This document shows, piece after piece, positions 58,998 to 64,000 of a stretch of DNA of 64,000 nt (positions within the stretch are counted from its first letter, which is position 1; each line of letters begins with the position of its first letter). The translations under genes and the position numbers were made by a program. The stretch is from an uncultured Nitrospinaceae bacterium (GTDB taxonomy: Bacteria > UBA8248): NCBI GenBank assembly GCA_964005815.1, contig CAXFSR010000036.1, positions 1 through 64,000 on the forward strand, written 5' to 3'. The notes beneath the pieces were generated by a model. It saw nothing but the letters and a program-made list of their open reading frames with translations, did no database searches and was not told the DNA's origin.

Positions 58998-61855
58998 GGG
59001 TTATATGTTGATACTATCCGTGCACACCGTGCTGAAAGATCTGGATAATTTGGGTCAGAACCAACATCTTCAGAAATTTTCCAGGACATTTCACATTTTT
59101 TTCCCTTTGCTAAATCGATTTGTATCGCAAGTCCTTGAATTTCTTCACTTTGAAAAATTTCATCAGGAATCTGAGAATTGGAAGACGCCAATTTTGCACT
59201 AGAAACAATAAAGATATCTTCCATTTTATCTACAAGAGGTAATAATTCTTCTCTTAACTCTTCTGGTGCATAGATTAATACAGAAAAATTCAAAGAACTT
59301 CCTTTTCCTTTTTCTTGGATTTTACGAGTTTCTTCAATTGCTTTAAGAACCTCAGGTCTAATTTCTAAAAGCCGTTTCCATTTAGATTCAAGTTGAGGAT
59401 CTCTTCTTTCAGGATCTGTCTCAGGGAAAACAGAAAAATGTATACTGTCTCCATATCTTTTATCTGTATACCTATAAACTTCTTCTGAAGTAAAAGAAAG
59501 TATAGGAGCCATGAGCCTTAAGAGAGTATCTAGAACATCGTCCATGGTAACGAGAGCAGATAAGCGCTCGGGATCATCCGGCAAAGAAATGTAGAGTCTA
59601 TCTTTTAAAACATCCATATAGAAAGCCGACAAATCAACCGCACAGAAATTATTTAAAGCATGATAAACAGTATGGAATTCATAATCATCATAGGCTTTTT
59701 TGACTTTTTCAATTAATCTATCCAATCTACTTAAAATTAATCTGTCTATTTCATTTCTCTGGCCAATTGGAAATTCCGAAGAATCATATTTAAATCCTTC
59801 ATAATCATGCAAATTTCCTAATAAAAACCTACAAGTATTCCTTATCCTTCTGTATGCTTCTGATAGTCTTTCAAGTATTTGATTAGACAGTCGAATATCT
59901 TCTCGATAATTTTCTCCAGCAACCCATAATCTTAAGATTTCAGCACCATATTGTTTGATAATTTTTTCTGGAGCAACAGTATTTCCCAAACTCTTACTCA
60001 TCTTTTTCCCATTCCCATCTACTACATATCCATGAGTTAGTACTTCGCGATAAGGAGCTGATCCACGAACACCAACTGCAGCCAAAAGGGAACTATGGAA
60101 CCAACCCCTATGTTGATCGCTACCTTCAAGGTACATATTCGCAGGCCAGGTCAATTCTTTATTTTTTTCAAGGACTGCTGCTTGACTGACTCCAGAATCG
60201 AACCAAACATCAAGAATATCAGTCTCTTTCTTGAAATTGTCAGACCCACATGAAGGGCAAACGAAACCGTGTGGTAAAAGTTCAGAACAATCTTTTTCAA
60301 ACCAGACATCTGCTCCCTGAGACTCCATTAAATCTGCGACATGTATTGCAACACTGCCATCAACAATAATTTCTGAGCATTTCTCACAATGAAAAGCTAC
60401 TATCGGAACACCCCATGACCTCTGACGCGATATGCACCAATCAGGTCTGTTTTCAATCATCTGATAAATACGTTCTTCGCCCCAGTTTGGCACCCACTCT
60501 ACTTTCCGTATCTCATCTAAAGCTTTTTTTCTTAAATCCGATTTTTCCATAGAAATAAACCACTGGGGTGTAGCTCTAAATATAGTAGGTCTATGACTTC
60601 TCCAATCATGAGGATAAGGATGAGGATATTTTTCTGTAGCAAAAAGCATCTCTTTTTCTTTTAGAAATTCAATAATTTCCTGATCGGCATCAAAAACAAA
60701 TTGTCCAGCAAAGTGTTCAATTTCTTGAGTAAACCTACCGCCATCATCTACAGGACTATAAATTTCCAATCCATACTTTAATCCAGTTTCATAATCTTCC
60801 CTACCATGACCAGGAGCCGTATGTACTACACCAGTACCTTGCTCAAGAGTTACGTAATCAGCATGTACCACTTTCGAATCTCTTTTTATCCAAGGATGAC
60901 TGACTAAGAGATTCTCCAAGACTTTTGAATCAAAATCTTCTATCTTTTTTAATTTTCCTTCACCTGCGATTTCACCTTCAGTTAATACTTTTTCTAAATG
61001 AGGAGTAAAATATTCATGAAAGATAAGTATTTCCTCTCCATAAGAAAAAATGGAATACTTTAAACTTGGATGAAATGCTAAAGCCAAATTTGCTGGCAAT
61101 GTCCATGGAGTTGTAGTCCAAATAAGAACACTTACTTTCTTTTTTGAATCAAGTTTTGAAAAAAAAGGAATTCGTTCACTCCAACTTAACATCTGTTCTT
61201 TGTTTAAAGGAAATTTAACATATATACTTGTTGTTGTTATCTCCTCATATTCAACTTCAGCTTCTGCAAGAGCCGTTCGTAATCCAGGTGCCCAATGTAC
61301 AGGTTTTAACCCTAAATAAACGTTTCCTGCATCCATAAAACGCCCAAGTTCTCGAACTGTTGCAGCTTCATAATCAAAACTCATGGTTAGATAAGGATTT
61401 TGCCAATCACCAAAAACACCAAGGCGCATAAATTCTTCTCTTTGTATATCAATAAATTTTTCTGCATACTTTCTACATAGCGCACGTTTTTCTATTGGAG
61501 AAATTTCAAACCGTTTTTTCCCCAATTCTTTATCTACTTGATGCTCAATAGGCAAACCATGACAATCCCAACCAGGAACATATGCAGCATCAAACCCAGA
61601 CATTTGTTTTGACTTGACAATTATGTCTTTTAAGATTTTATTCAAGACAGTACCCATATGGATATTGCCATTTGCATAAGGAGGGCCATCGTGGAGAATG
61701 TATTTTTCTCTACCCTTTGATTGTTTTCTTATTTCTCCATAAATATCTTTATCATGCCATTCAGAAAGCATTTCCGGCTCTTTAACAGAAAGGTTCGCTT
61801 TCATCGGGAATGAGGTTTTAGGTAAATTTAAATAATTCTTATAATCTTCGACCAA
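58994..61855 (-). CDS. ileS: Isoleucine--tRNA ligase (bacterial type 1)
   Basis: [13 protein letters not shown] (HIGH-equivalent), [44 protein letters not shown]. Confidence 0.98.
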   Translation of the reverse strand: MVEDYKNYLNLPKTSFPMKANLSVKEPEMLSEWHDKDIYGEIRKQSKGREKYILHDGPPYANGNIHMGTVLNKILKDIIVKSKQMSGFDAAYVPGWDCHGLPIEHQVDKELGKKRFEISPIEKRALCRKYAEKFIDIQREEFMRLGVFGDWQNPYLTMSFDYEAATVRELGRFMDAGNVYLGLKPVHWAPGLRTALAEAEVEYEEITTTSIYVKFPLNKEQMLSWSERIPFFSKLDSKKKVSVLIWTTTPWTLPANLALAFHPSLKYSIFSYGEEILIFHEYFTPHLEKVLTEGEIAGEGKLKKIEDFDSKVLENLLVSHPWIKRDSKVVHADYVTLEQGTGVVHTAPGHGREDYETGLKYGLEIYSPVDDGGRFTQEIEHFAGQFVFDADQEIIEFLKEKEMLFATEKYPHPYPHDWRSHRPTIFRATPQWFISMEKSDLRKKALDEIRKVEWVPNWGEERIYQMIENRPDWCISRQRSWGVPIVAFHCEKCSEIIVDGSVAIHVADLMESQGADVWFEKDCSELLPHGFVCPSCGSDNFKKETDILDVWFDSGVSQAAVLEKNKELTWPANMYLEGSDQHRGWFHSSLLAAVGVRGSAPYREVLTHGYVVDGNGKKMSKSLGNTVAPEKIIKQYGAEILRLWVAGENYREDIRLSNQILERLSEAYRRIRNTCRFLLGNLHDYEGFKYDSSEFPIGQRNEIDRLILSRLDRLIEKVKKAYDDYEFHTVYHALNNFCAVDLSAFYMDVLKDRLYISLPDDPERLSALVTMDDVLDTLLRLMAPILSFTSEEVYRYTDKRYGDSIHFSVFPETDPERRDPQLESKWKRLLEIRPEVLKAIEETRKIQEKGKGSSLNFSVLIYAPEELREELLPLVDKMEDIFIVSSAKLASSNSQIPDEIFQSEEIQGLAIQIDLAKGKKCEMSWKISEDVGSDPNYPDLSARCARIVSTYNP

Positions 61856-61890
61856 AACTTTCTCCTGTCAGGAAAAATTAATAAAAACCT

Positions 61891-62868
61891 CTATTGAGGA
61901 GATAACCCTACAGCTTTGTATATATCGGTCATTGTCTTTCGGGCTTCTTCGCGTGCTTTCTCTCCACCGGATTTCAAAACTTGATTAACATATTCCTTAT
62001 CTGCCTTTAATTTTTCACGCTCCTTTCTAAAAGGAGTGAAAAAACTATTTAATTTTTCAAATAGCATTTTTTTAGCATCCCCATAACCTAATCCTCCAGC
62101 TAGATATTGTTCACGTAAAGAATCCTGCTCCTTCTCATTGGCAAACAGTTTGAAAAGACTAAAAACATTACAAGTTTCTGGATCTTTAGGTTCTTCTACG
62201 GGGGTTGAGTCTGTAACAATCGACATGATTTTCTTTCGCAAAGATTTTCCCTCGTCAAAAATTTCTATAGTATTTCCATAACTTTTACTCATTTTTTGTC
62301 CATCAACACCCGGAACTTTCGCTCCTTTATCCAACCTAAAAGAAGGCATTGGAAAAATTTCTTCATAGGTATTATTGAAAGATTGCGCAATATCTCTTGT
62401 CATTTCGATATGTTGTATTTGGTCTTCTCCAACAGGTACGACATTCGATCTATAAATTAAAATGTCAGCTGCCATTAGCATAGGATAAGTGTACAAACCC
62501 ATAGAGGGACTAATTCCTCTTTGAACTTTATCTTTATAAGAAGTAGCTCGATCAAGAAGCCCTTTGCCCGTCACACAAGATAAAATCCATGACAATTCGC
62601 TCACTTCTGGAACATCGTTTTGTCTAAAAAAAACTGCCTTTTTAGGATCCAGCCCTAAAGATAAATAATCAAGAGCAACATCAAAAGTTTGTTGCGAAAG
62701 TAATTCTGGAACTTGTACTGAAGTCATAGCATGGTAATTAGCTATAAAATAAAAAGCTTCTCCCTCTTCTTGCAAGGCTATATGCTGGCGAAGAGCGCCA
62801 AAATAGTTGCCAATATGCAATCTACCAGAAGGTTGTACTCCAGATAGAAACCGAATTTTCGATGACAT
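61891..62868 (-). CDS. trpS: Tryptophan--tRNA ligase
   Basis: SGVQPSG, HIGN, YPMLMAADIL, VPVGEDQ, KMSKS. Confidence 0.98.
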   Translation of the reverse strand: MSSKIRFLSGVQPSGRLHIGNYFGALRQHIALQEEGEAFYFIANYHAMTSVQVPELLSQQTFDVALDYLSLGLDPKKAVFFRQNDVPEVSELSWILSCVTGKGLLDRATSYKDKVQRGISPSMGLYTYPMLMAADILIYRSNVVPVGEDQIQHIEMTRDIAQSFNNTYEEIFPMPSFRLDKGAKVPGVDGQKMSKSYGNTIEIFDEGKSLRKKIMSIVTDSTPVEEPKDPETCNVFSLFKLFANEKEQDSLREQYLAGGLGYGDAKKMLFEKLNSFFTPFRKEREKLKADKEYVNQVLKSGGEKAREEARKTMTDIYKAVGLSPQ

Positions 62869-62892
62869 ATAAAATCCTAAATAATTTTAAAA

Positions 62893-63558
62893 TCAATTGA
62901 GCATTTTAAACAAATTCATTGCAAATATCCGCTCTGTAGCAAGTAAAAAATAAAATATTGGAGACATGATTACTGTAAGCTTATTAAACAATATCAGACC
63001 AAGGATTATAAAAAAACCATAGGGCTCTAATCTTGAAAAATTAAATGCAATACGTCTTGGCAGAATACCATGTAGTATTCTTCCTCCATCGAATGGTAAA
63101 ATCGGAACTAAATTAAACGCAGCAAGGGCTGTATTTACAATAAAACTCATTTCAAGCATCTTATAAATCGGCTCTCCAAAAAAACTTTGATGAATTCCAA
63201 AATGTCGCATTTCAAATAAAACAAACAAACTTAAAATAGCAAGAAAAAAATTAGAAACCGGTCCTGCTAGAGCTATCCATATCATATCTTTTCTTGGATT
63301 TTTTAGATTTGAAGTATCGACAGGAACTGGCTTTGCCCAACCGAAACCAATTCCAGCAGCAAGCGATATTACAAAAGCCAAAGTCCCTAAAGGATCTAGA
63401 TGAACTAAAGGATTTAAACTTAGACGTCCCATATACCTTGCTGTTTGATCTCCTAATTTAGAAGCAGACCAACCATGAGCAACTTCATGTACAGTCAAAG
63501 CAATTAAAATTGCCGGAAGAGATACAATGAGTTTTTGAATAAAATCTTCTGAAAACAA
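62893..63558 (-). CDS. Site-2 protease (peptidase M50 family)
   Basis: HEVAH zinc motif, GRLSLNPLVHLD, GWAKPVP, AGPVSN, FNLVPILPFDG. Confidence 0.93.
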   Translation of the reverse strand: MFSEDFIQKLIVSLPAILIALTVHEVAHGWSASKLGDQTARYMGRLSLNPLVHLDPLGTLAFVISLAAGIGFGWAKPVPVDTSNLKNPRKDMIWIALAGPVSNFFLAILSLFVLFEMRHFGIHQSFFGEPIYKMLEMSFIVNTALAAFNLVPILPFDGGRILHGILPRRIAFNFSRLEPYGFFIILGLILFNKLTVIMSPIFYFLLATERIFAMNLFKMLN

Positions 63559-63634
63559 AACAAAAATCCTGCAACATTAGATTAAAATTAAAATAAATTA
63601 AAAATTTTGAATCAATCAAAAAAATATATACAAT

Positions 63635-64000
63635 TTAAGGATTCCATACATTTTCAAAATCGTCACAAAAAACAAACTCACTCAAAGATTTCCTCGTAGA
63701 TGGTTTTTTGTCTTTTTCCTGAACTTCAGGGGGCAAATCTTCAAAATTCCCTGGATAACCGACTGCAAAAAGAGCAACAACTCTATAGGGATCTGGTATC
63801 TTAAATTTTTCAAGAACCTTTTCTTCATCCCATCCAGCCATTGCATGCACTGTGAGTTCTAATGCACTTCCCTGCAACAAAAGATTTTGCAATGCCATCC
63901 CAACATCGATCAACCATCTCTGTAATCCATTTCTTTCTGGTTGTTCTTCTGGATTGCCAAGTATAATCATTTTAGTCGGAGCTTCAGCCGCCCACTGACG
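63635..64000 (-). CDS. Nitroreductase family protein; 5' end lies outside the window
   Basis: The frame is open to the window edge (RQWAAEAPTKMII...). DVGMALQNLLLQ, AMAGWD, FAVGYP and RKSLSE are typical nitroreductase C-terminal motifs. Confidence 0.85.
   Translation of the reverse strand, partial: RQWAAEAPTKMIILGNPEEQPERNGLQRWLIDVGMALQNLLLQGSALELTVHAMAGWDEEKVLEKFKIPDPYRVVALFAVGYPGNFEDLPPEVQEKDKKPSTRKSLSEFVFCDDFENVWNP

Overview
AT-rich bacterial core-genome window (roughly one-third GC by eye). Every credible gene, about 60 CDSs plus tRNA-Asp, tRNA-Ile2(CAU) and rnpB, lies on the minus strand. In transcription order: nitroreductase (partial), M50 protease, trpS, ileS-lspA-rluD, thiolase-hbd-acyl-CoA dehydrogenase, gcvTHP, lipoyl ligase, PHP protein, two DUF507-like genes, coaE, rho, rpmE, prfA-prmC-murA, his operon (no hisC), dnaG-rpoD-tRNA-Ile2, zinc-ribbon protein, RNase HI, rnpB, ilvA-purH-folC-folP-TSUP transporter-panE-panB, the dcw cluster mraZ to ftsZ (no ddl), pgeF-yggS-proC-yggT, mtnA, tRNA-Asp, and a partial NitT/TauT-type ABC substrate-binding protein. 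Gene order and protein styles resemble Deltaproteobacteria/Nitrospinota/Nitrospirota-like diderms (inference only). I found no mobile element, CRISPR array or defence system. The most notable signals are heavy use of non-ATG starts (many TTG, plus apparent CTG and ATT starts), a folate/pantothenate operon with an embedded TSUP transporter and a divergent FolP, two oppositely oriented MraZ-box arrays, a structured pyrimidine-rich rho leader, a DnaG TOPRIM insertion and a degenerate IleRS zinc finger. All family calls come from motif recognition, not database searches.
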